Source: Armatimonadota bacterium (GTDB lineage Bacteria; Sysuimicrobiota; Sysuimicrobiia; Sysuimicrobiales; Humicultoraceae). Taken from it: 28,211 bases of DNA. Both the position numbers and the translations under genes were made by a program. Location of the stretch: assembly GCA_052386995.1 (NCBI GenBank), contig JBQTJP010000308.1, positions 1 to 28,211 of the forward strand, in the 5' to 3' direction. The notes under the pieces were generated by a model. It was given only the letters and a program-made list of their open reading frames with translations. It was not told the DNA's origin and did not search any database. Shown here piece by piece: positions 1-8,802 of this stretch (position 1 is its first letter; each line of letters begins with the position of its first letter).

Positions 1-390
1 GCCGACAAACCGCGCGATGCGGCTGGTGATCGTGCCGTCGGCCCGTCCGGGAAACGCGCGGTTCATGTTGCCCCCATCCAGGTGCGATTCCCTGCGCGCG
101 GCCTGAAATGCGGGGACATTGAGGACCGGGATGACAATCAAGCGGCCGGCGATGAGCGACTGCGCTTCCAGATCTTCCACCAGGTGCTTGAGGCCCACCG
201 GGCCCTCGTACTCGTTGCCATGTGTGCCGCCGATGGCGACCACCGTCTTGCCGGGTCTGGCGTTGCAAATGACACACAGAGGGATGCGGACGCGCCCCCA
301 CGTGCCGTCCAACGTGAAGGGCACATGGTAGAGCCGCTTGCCCGGCGACTCCCAATCGATGTGCGCGGGTGGCGTCATCTGCAGGATCAT
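1..390 (-). CDS. Succinylglutamate desuccinylase/aspartoacylase (M14, AstE/AspA/DoeB-like) family deacylase, 3'-truncated by the window edge
   Basis: Not in the ORF track. Manual translation from ATG at 390 (RBS GAAGGAG upstream) gives MILQMTPPAHIDWESPGKRLYHVPFTLDGTWGRVRIPLCVIC...IGGTHGNEYEGP...IVIPVLNVPAF...ESHLDGGNMNRAFPGRADGTITSRIARFVG. It contains the HGxE zinc motif and the NxNRxFPG motif. Confidence 0.88.
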   Translation of the reverse strand, partial: MILQMTPPAHIDWESPGKRLYHVPFTLDGTWGRVRIPLCVICNARPGKTVVAIGGTHGNEYEGPVGLKHLVEDLEAQSLIAGRLIVIPVLNVPAFQAARRESHLDGGNMNRAFPGRADGTITSRIARFVG

Positions 391-486
391 GTCGCGTCAC
401 TCCTTCGGACACAGTGAAAGCCGGCGGCATGCGAGCCGTGCCCCCGGCCCCGTCGACTTCGTTGAAGCGGCTTCGGTACGGGGGGC

Positions 487-512
487 TTCGTGCGCAGCAG
501 ATCGAATCCTGC
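487..512 (-). promoter_or_regulatory. Putative sigma-H-like promoter (GCAGG-N17-CGAA) for the M14 deacylase gene
   Basis: Minus strand reads GCAGG attcgatctgctgcgca CGAA. The same motif recurs upstream of six other transcription units. Confidence 0.55.
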
Positions 513-515
513 AGC

Positions 516-1922
516 ATGGCGCTTGAGGTAGGGGTCGGGCGGGCATGCATCAACCCTCCGCTTGATATTCCGAATGGCATGTGGGTGGCGCAACGACATG
601 TGCGCGCCGAAGGGCTCGACATGGATTTGTTCGCCACCGTGCTCTATCTGAAGGATGGCGACCACCGCGCGGCGCTGATCGACCTGGATCTCTGTTTTCT
701 TCAAAATGCACAGGCTGCGGCCATTCGCAAAATGGTCGGGGAGGCGGCGCGCATCCCTCAGGAAAACGTTCTCCCCTTTTGCACCCACAGCCATGCCGGA
801 CCACTCACCATTGACTCCTATCGCGGCGAGGGGGAGGATCGCGTCTCCAACTACATCCAGTCACTCCCTCACCTGATTGCCGGCGCGGCGGTGGAAGCGG
901 CGAAATCACCGCAACCCGTTCGAGTGGCTGCTGGCCTGGGTCAGTCCGACATCGGGGTGAATCGTGATTTGCGTCTTCCGGATGGGCGCTTCGTCGTAGG
1001 CTGCAATCCCGATGGGTTCAGCGACCCCGAAGTTGGAGTCATACGCATCGACACGCTCAGCGGCGCGCCGCTGGCATGCATCGTCAACTACGCCTGTCAT
1101 CCCACCGTGCTGGGGCCGGGGAACAAACTGATCAGTCCCGATTATCCAGGAAGCACTCGACAGATCGTTGAGCAGGTTACCGGCGCGACCTGCTTCTTTC
1201 TTCAGGGAGCGGCGGGAAACGTCGGGCCGGTTGAGACATTTGTTGCCGACGCGGCCGTCGCGCGGCGATTGGGCACACGGCTGGGACTGGAAGCCGCACG
1301 CGTGCACATGGGAATCGATACACGACCGGTCCAGAGGCGCCTGCGAAATGTTATCGAATCGGGGGCGGCGCTGGCCGAGTACGAAGAGGTACCGGTGGAC
1401 GGCCCAGCTCCACGTCTGGTCCTGGCCAACGCGTTTGCGGAATTGCCCACGCGCTCTCCAATGGCCGAGGTCTATGAGAAGGCGCCTGAGCAACTCGGGG
1501 AATGGAAGGCGAAGCTGAACGATCTGATCAACGAGGGCGCCGGGCCGGACGCTGTCGCCGCGGCGCTCCAGCGCGTCACGCGGATGCAACTCAGAGCTGA
1601 TCGTCTGGTGCGCTACAAGGGCAAGAAGGCGCTCTCCGTCGAGATACACGCCGTCCGTCTGGGGGACGCCGCCATCGCCGCCATTGCAGGGGAGCCCTAT
1701 AGCGAAATCGGAGCCGCGGTCAAGCGCCTCTCGCCCTTTCCCCAAAAGACACTCTTCGCAGGCTATGTCGGCGGCGACATGATGTACATTCCGACGGCAG
1801 AGGTCTTTTCCCACCAACCACCGCCGATGGAAGTCGACAATTCACCATATGCTCCTGAGGCAGCTCAGGTGGCCATCGATCGTCTGGTTCACCTGCTCGG
1901 GGACTGCAGCGGTGCTCACTAA
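516..1922 (+). CDS. Neutral/alkaline ceramidase-like metallo-amidohydrolase (paralog 1)
   Basis: Start refined to ATG 516 (MALEVGVGRACINPP). Motifs: CTHSHAGP, NYACHPT, SPDYPG, QGAAGNVGP, GEPYSEIG, GY..YIPT. These are typical of bacterial ceramidase-N-domain proteins. Confidence 0.8.
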   Translation: MALEVGVGRACINPPLDIPNGMWVAQRHVRAEGLDMDLFATVLYLKDGDHRAALIDLDLCFLQNAQAAAIRKMVGEAARIPQENVLPFCTHSHAGPLTIDSYRGEGEDRVSNYIQSLPHLIAGAAVEAAKSPQPVRVAAGLGQSDIGVNRDLRLPDGRFVVGCNPDGFSDPEVGVIRIDTLSGAPLACIVNYACHPTVLGPGNKLISPDYPGSTRQIVEQVTGATCFFLQGAAGNVGPVETFVADAAVARRLGTRLGLEAARVHMGIDTRPVQRRLRNVIESGAALAEYEEVPVDGPAPRLVLANAFAELPTRSPMAEVYEKAPEQLGEWKAKLNDLINEGAGPDAVAAALQRVTRMQLRADRLVRYKGKKALSVEIHAVRLGDAAIAAIAGEPYSEIGAAVKRLSPFPQKTLFAGYVGGDMMYIPTAEVFSHQPPPMEVDNSPYAPEAAQVAIDRLVHLLGDCSGAH

Positions 1923-1927
1923 GATGG

Positions 1928-1952
1928 GAGGATGGATCGTCAGCCCGTCGAA
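1928..1952 (+). promoter_or_regulatory. Putative sigma-H-like promoter (GAGG-N17-CGAA) for binding protein 1
   Basis: GAGG atggatcgtcagcccgt CGAA lies in the intergenic gap, followed by RBS AGGAGG and ATG 1998. Confidence 0.55.
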
Positions 1953-1997
1953 GGCACAATGACCTCGCGCAAGACAATCGAGGCGTCGTGAGGAGGA

Positions 1998-3554
1998 ATG
2001 ACAGCCATGTTGCGAACCCGCCGAATGCTCTGGGCAATGGCATTGCTTGTGGGCCTGGCGCTCGCGCTCGCGGTGCCGTCACGATCCGCGCCGGCGCAAC
2101 CGAAGCGGGGCGGCACACTGACCGTCGGGATCAACGCCGACGCTGCCACCCTCAATCCGTTCGTGTTCAGATTCAACGTCGAGCGCAACGTCCTTCACAT
2201 GACCCATGAGACCTTCGTCAACTACGATCTGCAAACGCTCAAACTGGCGAACACCGGCGCGCTCGAGTCGTGGCAGGCCTCGCGCGACGGGTTGACCTAC
2301 ACGCTGCGCCTCCACGCGAATCTCAAATTCCATGATGGCTCACCGGCCACGGCAGAGGATGCTAAGTGGTCGCTGGAAAAGGCGGCAGAGCCGACCTCGG
2401 GCCGCACCTTCGCCCTCCTCACGCTCATGGACCGCGTCGAGGTCGTCGACCCGCGCACGGTCAGGGTCATCATGAAGAGCCCGGACAATATCTTCAGCGA
2501 CACGCTGGTTGACGTGTGGCTCAGCAAGAGGGGCACGCCCGATGCAGAGCTCGCCACCAAGCCTAACGGGACCGGGCCGTTCAAGCTCGTGCGGTGGGAT
2601 CGTGCCCAGGGTTTCGAGTTCGAGCGCAACCCCGACTATCACTTTCAGGGGAAACCGTACCTCGACAAGCTGATCTTCCGAATCATTCCCGATGGCACGG
2701 TTCGGCAACTGCAGCTCTTCAACGCGCAGATCGACTTCGCCGACGCCCTTCCCATCGCCACCGTCGCGCAATTCAAGCTCAACCGGAACCTTGACGTCTA
2801 TGAGCTCCGCGGCACCAATGTGGCGGGGTTAATATACTTCTGTCTGAGCAATGTCACCCCGCCTTTCAACGATAAGCGGGTGCGCCAAGCGGCCAGTCTT
2901 GCGATCGACCGGCACAAGATCAAGACGCTGCTCTTTGGCCTGCTCGATCCACGCAGCTGGTCGATTCCAAAAGGCACACCGTTCTTCGCAAACGACCAGG
3001 TCGACTACTCGCGACGAAACGTGGCAAAGGCCAAGCAGCTGCTCGCCGAGGCCGGCAATCCGAGCCCCGAGTTTGACCTCACCTACCACGCAACGGGGTT
3101 TGCCGAAGAAATCATCGCGCAGGTCACCGAGCAGTCGCTGAAAGACGTAGGGTTCCGCGTGAACATCCGGCCGGTCGAGATTGGCCAGTATGTCGCCCAG
3201 ATACTGACGCCGCCGTTCCGGTTTCAGGGCGGGCTCACCAGCATCGTGCCGAAGCCCAACGAGTACGACCAGCTCAATCACCCATACGGTAAGCTTAACG
3301 GCCAGGCGCTGCAGTACAACCGCGTGAATCCCGCCTTCTACGAGAAGCTGCAGGCGGCCCGCGGAATCTCGGATCCCGCCCGGTACAAAGCCGCCATTCA
3401 AGAACTGCAGAAGATCGCCAGTGAGGATCAGCCAGCCATTATCATCGGCGGGGCGAGGCACATTCCCCTGCATGCCTCCTATAAATATGTGAAAGGCTTC
3501 GTCATTCACCCGCAGCAGCGGTTCTTCTTCACCGACGTCTGGCTGGATAAGTAA
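1998..3554 (+). CDS. ABC transporter substrate-binding protein, family 5 (OppA/DppA-like)
   Basis: Signal peptide followed by PKRGGTL, YTLRLHANLKFHDGSP, GTGPFKL, NPDY, PYLDKL, PPFNDKRVRQA and a C-terminal DVWLDK. RBS AGGAGG. Confidence 0.93.
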   Translation: MTAMLRTRRMLWAMALLVGLALALAVPSRSAPAQPKRGGTLTVGINADAATLNPFVFRFNVERNVLHMTHETFVNYDLQTLKLANTGALESWQASRDGLTYTLRLHANLKFHDGSPATAEDAKWSLEKAAEPTSGRTFALLTLMDRVEVVDPRTVRVIMKSPDNIFSDTLVDVWLSKRGTPDAELATKPNGTGPFKLVRWDRAQGFEFERNPDYHFQGKPYLDKLIFRIIPDGTVRQLQLFNAQIDFADALPIATVAQFKLNRNLDVYELRGTNVAGLIYFCLSNVTPPFNDKRVRQAASLAIDRHKIKTLLFGLLDPRSWSIPKGTPFFANDQVDYSRRNVAKAKQLLAEAGNPSPEFDLTYHATGFAEEIIAQVTEQSLKDVGFRVNIRPVEIGQYVAQILTPPFRFQGGLTSIVPKPNEYDQLNHPYGKLNGQALQYNRVNPAFYEKLQAARGISDPARYKAAIQELQKIASEDQPAIIIGGARHIPLHASYKYVKGFVIHPQQRFFFTDVWLDK

Positions 3555-3566
3555 TCCGCGGACGAT

Positions 3567-4439
3567 TCAGGTTCGGGTGAACTGGTGGGGGTCGAGCGCG
3601 TCCCGCAATCCGTCGCCGATCAGGTTCAAGCTCAAGACGGTGATGAAGACCGCGGCGCCCGCGGCCACCGGGTAGAGCGGCGCCAGGGCCATGACGTTGC
3701 GGCCCGTGTTGAGCATCATTCCCCATGAGGGCGCGGGAGGCCGGACGCCCAGCCCAAGGAAACTGAGCCCCGCCTCGGTCAGCACCGCCGTAGCGAACGT
3801 CAGCGTGAACTGCACTGTCAGTGGCGGAAGGCAGTTGGGCAGGATCGTGAGCGCCAGAATGCGTGTATCGCTCGCGCCCATCGCACGTGATGCTTCGACG
3901 AAATCGCGCTGCTTGAAGACCAGCACGCTCGCCCGGACCAGGCGCGCGAAGATCGGCACCGACACCAGGCCGATGGCGAGAATGATGTTCCGGATGCTCG
4001 GGCCGAGCACCGAGACCGCCGCGAGCGCCAGCAGCAAAGCCGGAAAGGCCAACAGGCCGTCCATGGCCCGCATGATGATGCTGTCGAGCCTGCCGCCGAA
4101 GTAGCCGCTCACCAGCCCCAGCGGGAGGCCAACGGCCACCGCAACCGAGGTCGCCCCCAGACCGACCCCGAGCGAGATGCGTCCCGCATAGAGAATGCGG
4201 CTGAGCACGTCGCGTCCGATCTCGTCGGTGCCGAGCAGGAACTCCCCTCCAGGCGGACTGAGGGCCGGGCCGGCAAGGCGATCGTACGGGTAGGGTGCAA
4301 TGACCGGCGCGAGGCCGGTGAGTATGAGTAGTGCCACGAACAGGCCGAGGCCGAGCACGGTCGCGTGGTCGCGCAGAAATCGGCGCATCCGGCGCAGCCT
4401 GTTGGATGTTACGACCGTATTCCTCACATCGTCACTCAT
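3567..4439 (-). CDS. ABC transporter permease (DppC/OppC-like)
   Basis: LLGTDEIGRDVLSR, EAA motif (FVEASRAMGAS), LSFLGLG..PP.PSWG, GDGLRDALDP. ATG 4439 overlaps the upstream stop (ATGAGTGA). Confidence 0.93.
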   Translation of the reverse strand: MSDDVRNTVVTSNRLRRMRRFLRDHATVLGLGLFVALLILTGLAPVIAPYPYDRLAGPALSPPGGEFLLGTDEIGRDVLSRILYAGRISLGVGLGATSVAVAVGLPLGLVSGYFGGRLDSIIMRAMDGLLAFPALLLALAAVSVLGPSIRNIILAIGLVSVPIFARLVRASVLVFKQRDFVEASRAMGASDTRILALTILPNCLPPLTVQFTLTFATAVLTEAGLSFLGLGVRPPAPSWGMMLNTGRNVMALAPLYPVAAGAAVFITVLSLNLIGDGLRDALDPHQFTRT

Positions 4440-5385
4440 AGTGGACGCGCGGATCGAGGAGCACATAGGAGACATCGACGAGCAAGTTGATTGTGACGAA
4501 CATCAGCGCGATGTAGAGCACCGCTCCCTGGACGACCTGGTAGTCGCGGAAGGATATCGACGTCACCATCTGCCACCCAAGCCCCGGCCAGGCAAAGATC
4601 TGCTCGGTGACCACGAGCCCGCCGATCAGCGCGCCGACGTTCGTGCCCAGCACCGTGATGAGCGAGATCAGTGAGTTCTTGAGGGCGTGTCTGTAGATGA
4701 CGCCGCGTTCGGGCAGGCCTTTCGCCCGCGCCGTGCGGATGTAGTCGAGGTTGAGCACCTCCAGCATTCCCGACCTTAGAAATCGCACCAGGCTTGCCGC
4801 CTGTATAAAGCCTATGGTGACGACGGGCAGCACGAGGAAGCGAAGATGCCCAGCGGCATCGTTCCCGAAAGACACGTAGCCGCCAGCGGGCAACCACCTG
4901 AGGCGGAGAGAGAACAACAGCATCAATAAGATCGCGAGCCAGTAGCTCGGCGTGCTGAACCCGAGCATCGCGATCACCCGCGCCAGTTGATCGACGCGAC
5001 TCCCGGCCCGCACGGCAGCGGCGATACCCAGCGGCACGGCCAGCATGAGCGCGAAGAGCACTCCGGCCAGCACGAGCTCGAGGGTCGCGGGAATCTTTGG
5101 CTTGAGGATGTCCACGACCCGGCGATGACCTTCGAGCCTCGAGATACCCAAGTCTCCCCGCAGCACTCCTCCCATCCAGATGAGGTACTGCGTGAACAGT
5201 GGGCGGTCCAGACCCCACTCGTGCCGCAGCGCGGCGAGGGCTTCGGGCGTCGCATCTACGCCGAGGGCGAGCTGCGCCGGGTCGCCAGGTACGATGCGAA
5301 ATGTGAAGAAGACGACGGTCCCCACGATGAAAAGCACCGGGAACAATTGCAGCAACCGTCTGGCGATGTAATGCGTGGGAATCAT
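4432..5385 (-). CDS. ABC transporter permease (DppB/OppB-like)
   Basis: Start refined to ATG 5385 (MIPTHYIARRLLQ). Motifs: PGDPA, GLDRPL..QY, DYIRTARAKGL, HALKN, EQIFAWPGLG, RDYQVVQG, LDPRV. Confidence 0.93.
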   Translation of the reverse strand: MIPTHYIARRLLQLFPVLFIVGTVVFFTFRIVPGDPAQLALGVDATPEALAALRHEWGLDRPLFTQYLIWMGGVLRGDLGISRLEGHRRVVDILKPKIPATLELVLAGVLFALMLAVPLGIAAAVRAGSRVDQLARVIAMLGFSTPSYWLAILLMLLFSLRLRWLPAGGYVSFGNDAAGHLRFLVLPVVTIGFIQAASLVRFLRSGMLEVLNLDYIRTARAKGLPERGVIYRHALKNSLISLITVLGTNVGALIGGLVVTEQIFAWPGLGWQMVTSISFRDYQVVQGAVLYIALMFVTINLLVDVSYVLLDPRVHYE

Positions 5386-5399
5386 CGCGGGCTCCCACT

Positions 5400-5425
5400 T
5401 TCGGAGACAGCAAAGAGTTTTCCTG
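5400..5425 (-). promoter_or_regulatory. Putative sigma-H-like promoter (CAGG-N18-CGAA) for the dppBC-like pair
   Basis: Minus strand reads CAGG aaaactctttgctgtctc CGAA, ending 14 nt before ATG 5385. Confidence 0.55.
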
Positions 5426-5480
5426 GCATCGACGCGCGCCCTGCACGTCGATGGGGAGGAAACGCACCTGCGGCAGTGAG

Positions 5481-5535
5481 TGCATTGTATTTCCCACAGA
5501 TGGCTTGTCAAGCCATCCGCGCGAAATGCAATACA
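5481..5535. promoter_or_regulatory. 55-bp dyad (candidate operator) overlapping a sigma-70-type promoter
   Basis: Perfect inner arms GATGGCTTG-T-CAAGCCATC (5499-5517). Outer arms TGCATTGTATTTC (5481-5493) and GAAATGCAATACA (5523-5535) match at 11/13 and share the centre 5508. The minus strand reads TTGACA(5511-5506)-N16-TACAAT(5489-5484). Confidence 0.65.
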
Positions 5536-5822
5536 TAGACCCACACTCCCACTAATACGAATCGACCGGTACTGGGGCCAACCTGCTTTCGCCCCATCTT
5601 CAGGGAACTCACCACACCCACTCATCGCCATGGAAGAGGTTGCACGGCAGAGCCCGATTCGAAGTCGCAACTAGATTGAGCAGATAACCTCAGCACTCTG
5701 TGGGTCTGGTATCAGAAGGGAACGAGCTGAGTAGCCACTACCAGCATCAAATAGGGTCGTGAACAATGTTGCTCGAACGCCCTCCCAAGCAACCCATAGC
5801 AATGAGTCACTCCTTCGCGGTG

Positions 5823-6590
5823 TTAACCCCGCAGGTAGTCATACCAGACCTGCCCCACCGGCAGCGTGAAGTCGGCCACCCAATAGAATCCGGCCACCAC
5901 ATCTACCACCGGAAGCCTATAGACCGGAGCCTGAGCGTTGGGACGAAGTTCCAGCGTGGCCGGTCCTGTCCAGACCTCATGGACGACAACCTGCTCGAGC
6001 GTTCGGGCGGTAATTTGTTTGATCGCCGGCGACCCATCGACGTGCGGGATGATCTTCAAGTTCACGTTGGTCGCAAAGGCGGCGACGCGCCCGAGGTCCT
6101 CGGTTCTGGCCCGTTGCTGTTTGTACGGGAGGGTTGCGGTGATGATCTCAATGGTGTTACGGCGCACGCGTCCCACGAAGAGATCGCCGCAGATCTCGAT
6201 GCTGGGCTCGCCGGACTTCTTTGGCTGCCCGTACACCTCACGCCCGGTAGACACCGGCCCATCGCCTTCGAGGTACAGGTACGGGGAGTATGCGCCGCGC
6301 TCTTCCCGACGCGTCAGCGACACAGAGGCGGGGAGCCGACATTCGACCTGCACGGCCGACTCGTGGTACCGTCCAAACCACTCGGCATCGTTCATCCGGT
6401 AGATATGCACGATCGCGTAGTCGCTGACCGGCTCCAGCGGCTCGGGCAGGGTGGCACGGATTGCCTCGGGGCGCGTCCTGTAGATCACGGTGATGATCTC
6501 GACATTGCGAAATGTGATGGGGAATCGCGGCACCAGGGGATTGTCGATGGGTGTAGAGAAGGCCCCGGACACCTCGTCACGCCCGGCCAC
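5823..6590 (-). CDS. Acetoacetate decarboxylase (ADC) superfamily protein
   Basis: Start refined to GTG 6590 (GGAGG 8 nt upstream). Motifs: FGRYHESAV, GREVYGQPKK (Schiff-base Lys motif), NLKIIPHVDG, W.GPA.LEL, LPVVDVV. Confidence 0.85.
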   Translation of the reverse strand: MAGRDEVSGAFSTPIDNPLVPRFPITFRNVEIITVIYRTRPEAIRATLPEPLEPVSDYAIVHIYRMNDAEWFGRYHESAVQVECRLPASVSLTRREERGAYSPYLYLEGDGPVSTGREVYGQPKKSGEPSIEICGDLFVGRVRRNTIEIITATLPYKQQRARTEDLGRVAAFATNVNLKIIPHVDGSPAIKQITARTLEQVVVHEVWTGPATLELRPNAQAPVYRLPVVDVVAGFYWVADFTLPVGQVWYDYLRG

Positions 6591-8016
6591 GGCGCGCACC
6601 TCCGCCAGACCCCGACTGCAGGTGTAACTCCTGGAGCGCGGCGAGTGTGCCTTCGATGACGCGTCCCGCCGCTTCAGGTGCGTAGGGCGTCGTGTCGACT
6701 TCATATCCCTTGCGCGGATACTCTTCCGGCACGGGAAGATACCCTGCCCAGGCGCCGGCGTAGCCACCGAACCACGTGTGGGCAAACGGCGACTTCGACT
6801 TGATCGCGAGCGCGATCTCAGCAAACGGTTCGCACGGAATGGCGGCCAGCACCGCGGGACCGATCTGCAACAGGTGCAGCTCCACCGGGAAGTCGCGCCG
6901 ACCGCCGAACGTTCGTGCGCGCGTGAGCGCCATGTTCGCCCGCTTCGTCCGAAACGTGGCGTCCTCCACTTCGGCCGGCGAGGCCTCGCGGTTGATTGCA
7001 TCCTGCAGGCGCCCGCGTTGCTCCTTCAGCGCGGCCTCGGCGTCGGCCACGGATGGTTGGGGCAGTAGGGGGAGGCTCAGTGTTTTGACGCGCGTCTGCA
7101 CGACCGGCGCCGATTCCGCCAAGGGCAGCGCCGTCCACTTTCCCAGCGGCGCGCCGGACTCCCAGATCCGCTCGTGCCGGAACTCCACGGGCGGCACGTG
7201 CAACCCGAAGTAGACCCGTCCGGCCTCGCATCCGATCAGCGCACCGAGCTTCCGAATGACGCGCGGATCATCGGTGAATCCTTCGGGCCCGGGTCCGACG
7301 TTGCCCGTCGCGCCCTGGACGAAGATGCAGGTGGCGCCGGTCAACTGCTCCACGGTGCGCTTGAGATGGCCGGGCCAGTCGGCGCTGAAGTGCCGGTTGG
7401 TCGGGCCCATGGTGGTCGGGTGCATGGTGTAGCCGACGATCGCGGCAGACGGTGCGCCATCCACTCCATCGATTCGCAGCACGAACACGTGGGGATCGAT
7501 GACGCCGGTCGGGTTGACGCCGGTGGCGATCCGGCCGTCCGGAGCGTTTTCGCGGCGGTTTTTGGCCACACGGCTTTCGCCGGTTCCCACACCGATCCGC
7601 GCGGGCCGCAGGTCGGCCAGCGCCGCGCGCGCGGCCAGCGCGGCCAGCTCGGGCAGCGATGCGTAGTAATCTGCGAGCGCCTCTTTTCCCTGATCCGCCC
7701 AGTCCCAGTTGCTGGGCGGCGGCCCGGCGTGGTTGTGCGTGAGCGACACTCGGACCGCCTCGGGCGCCACGCCCAGCACCTCCGCGACCGCCGTCCGGAT
7801 GGCATCCGCCTCCGGTTGGGTCAGGATCACCAGATCCACGTCCACGAGTCCGGCGCGCGCTTCGCCGTCGTCTACGACGAGCACCGTGGCCCACAGATCG
7901 GTCTCGACTCCGTCGGCGAAAACGTGCGTCTGCGCGCCCCAGCCGGCATGAGGCACCGTCAGCGGCGGCGTGATCGTCACCCGTCCGGTCCCGGCGGAAA
8001 ATGCACGGCGGCTCAT
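6577..8016 (-). CDS. Neutral/alkaline ceramidase-like metallo-amidohydrolase (paralog 2)
   Basis: THNHAGP, GYTMHPT, SADWPG, QGATGNVGP, CEPFAEI, YLPVPEEY..GYEVD..PYAPEAA. Collinear with 516-1922. ATGA overlap with the upstream SDR. Confidence 0.8.
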   Translation of the reverse strand: MSRRAFSAGTGRVTITPPLTVPHAGWGAQTHVFADGVETDLWATVLVVDDGEARAGLVDVDLVILTQPEADAIRTAVAEVLGVAPEAVRVSLTHNHAGPPPSNWDWADQGKEALADYYASLPELAALAARAALADLRPARIGVGTGESRVAKNRRENAPDGRIATGVNPTGVIDPHVFVLRIDGVDGAPSAAIVGYTMHPTTMGPTNRHFSADWPGHLKRTVEQLTGATCIFVQGATGNVGPGPEGFTDDPRVIRKLGALIGCEAGRVYFGLHVPPVEFRHERIWESGAPLGKWTALPLAESAPVVQTRVKTLSLPLLPQPSVADAEAALKEQRGRLQDAINREASPAEVEDATFRTKRANMALTRARTFGGRRDFPVELHLLQIGPAVLAAIPCEPFAEIALAIKSKSPFAHTWFGGYAGAWAGYLPVPEEYPRKGYEVDTTPYAPEAAGRVIEGTLAALQELHLQSGSGGGARRGRA

Positions 8017-8774
8017 CGTCCCATCCAGCCTCCATCGATGACCAGTGTGTGGCCGTGAATGTAGCGGGCCGCATCTGAAGCGAGGAACCGCACGGCCGGC
8101 GCCACCTCATCTGTGGTGCCCCAGCGTCCCGCGGGAATCCGCTCGGTGATCTGCCGATACCGCGCCGGATCGGCTTTTAGCGGCACGCCCAGCTCGGTGC
8201 CGTCGATGTAGCCGGGCGCCACCGTGTTCACGTTGACACCCCGCGCGGCGCACTCGTTGGCGAGGGCTCGGGCGAGATTCGCCAGGCCCGCTTTGGCGCT
8301 GGCATATGCCGGAACCATCAGGCCGCCCTGGTACGCCAGCACGGATGACGTGAAGATGATCTTTCCGCGTCCCCGTTCCAGCATCGGGCGTCCGAACCCC
8401 TGCGCCAGCAGGAACGCGGCCTTCAGGTGCACGTTCATGACCGCGTCCCAGTCCACGGCGGGGAACTCGGTCAGCGGATGGCGCCTCTGGAACCCGGCGT
8501 TGTGGACCAGGATATCAATCCGACCAAAGCGGGTGAGGATCTCATTGACGAGGGCAGGGATACCGTCGACCGCAACCAGATCGTAATGGACGACATCGTA
8601 GCGCCGGCCCAGTGCGCGAATGACCGCGGCAACCGGCGGCTCCTCCCGTGTGCGGTGAACGGAAATCACGTCTGCCCCGCCCCTCGCGAGCTCGACGGCG
8701 ATGGCGGCGCCGATCCCGCGGCTCGCGCCGGTAATCACAGCGCGCTGGCCATCAAGACGGAAGTGGCTGTCCAC
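8013..8774 (-). CDS. SDR oxidoreductase, KduD-like (2-keto-3-deoxy-gluconate dehydrogenase-like)
   Basis: GTG 8774 with RBS GGAGGAGG. Motifs: TGASRGIG, HNAG, SVLAYQGG..VPAYASAK, NVNTVAPGY, RIPAGRWG. The last three are KduD-like. Confidence 0.82.
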   Translation of the reverse strand: MDSHFRLDGQRAVITGASRGIGAAIAVELARGGADVISVHRTREEPPVAAVIRALGRRYDVVHYDLVAVDGIPALVNEILTRFGRIDILVHNAGFQRRHPLTEFPAVDWDAVMNVHLKAAFLLAQGFGRPMLERGRGKIIFTSSVLAYQGGLMVPAYASAKAGLANLARALANECAARGVNVNTVAPGYIDGTELGVPLKADPARYRQITERIPAGRWGTTDEVAPAVRFLASDAARYIHGHTLVIDGGWMGR

Positions 8775-8802
8775 GCCGCGTCCTCCTCCGCACCTGCCGC
8801 GC

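Noticed and set aside
6591..7001. Long N-terminal extensions in the ORF track (also 369-515, 5386-5670, 8775-9023, 10656-10934, 12302-12433, 17650-17859)
   Set aside because: They overlap neighbouring genes or promoters. Downstream starts with an RBS, stop-start coupling or family-typical N-termini fit better.
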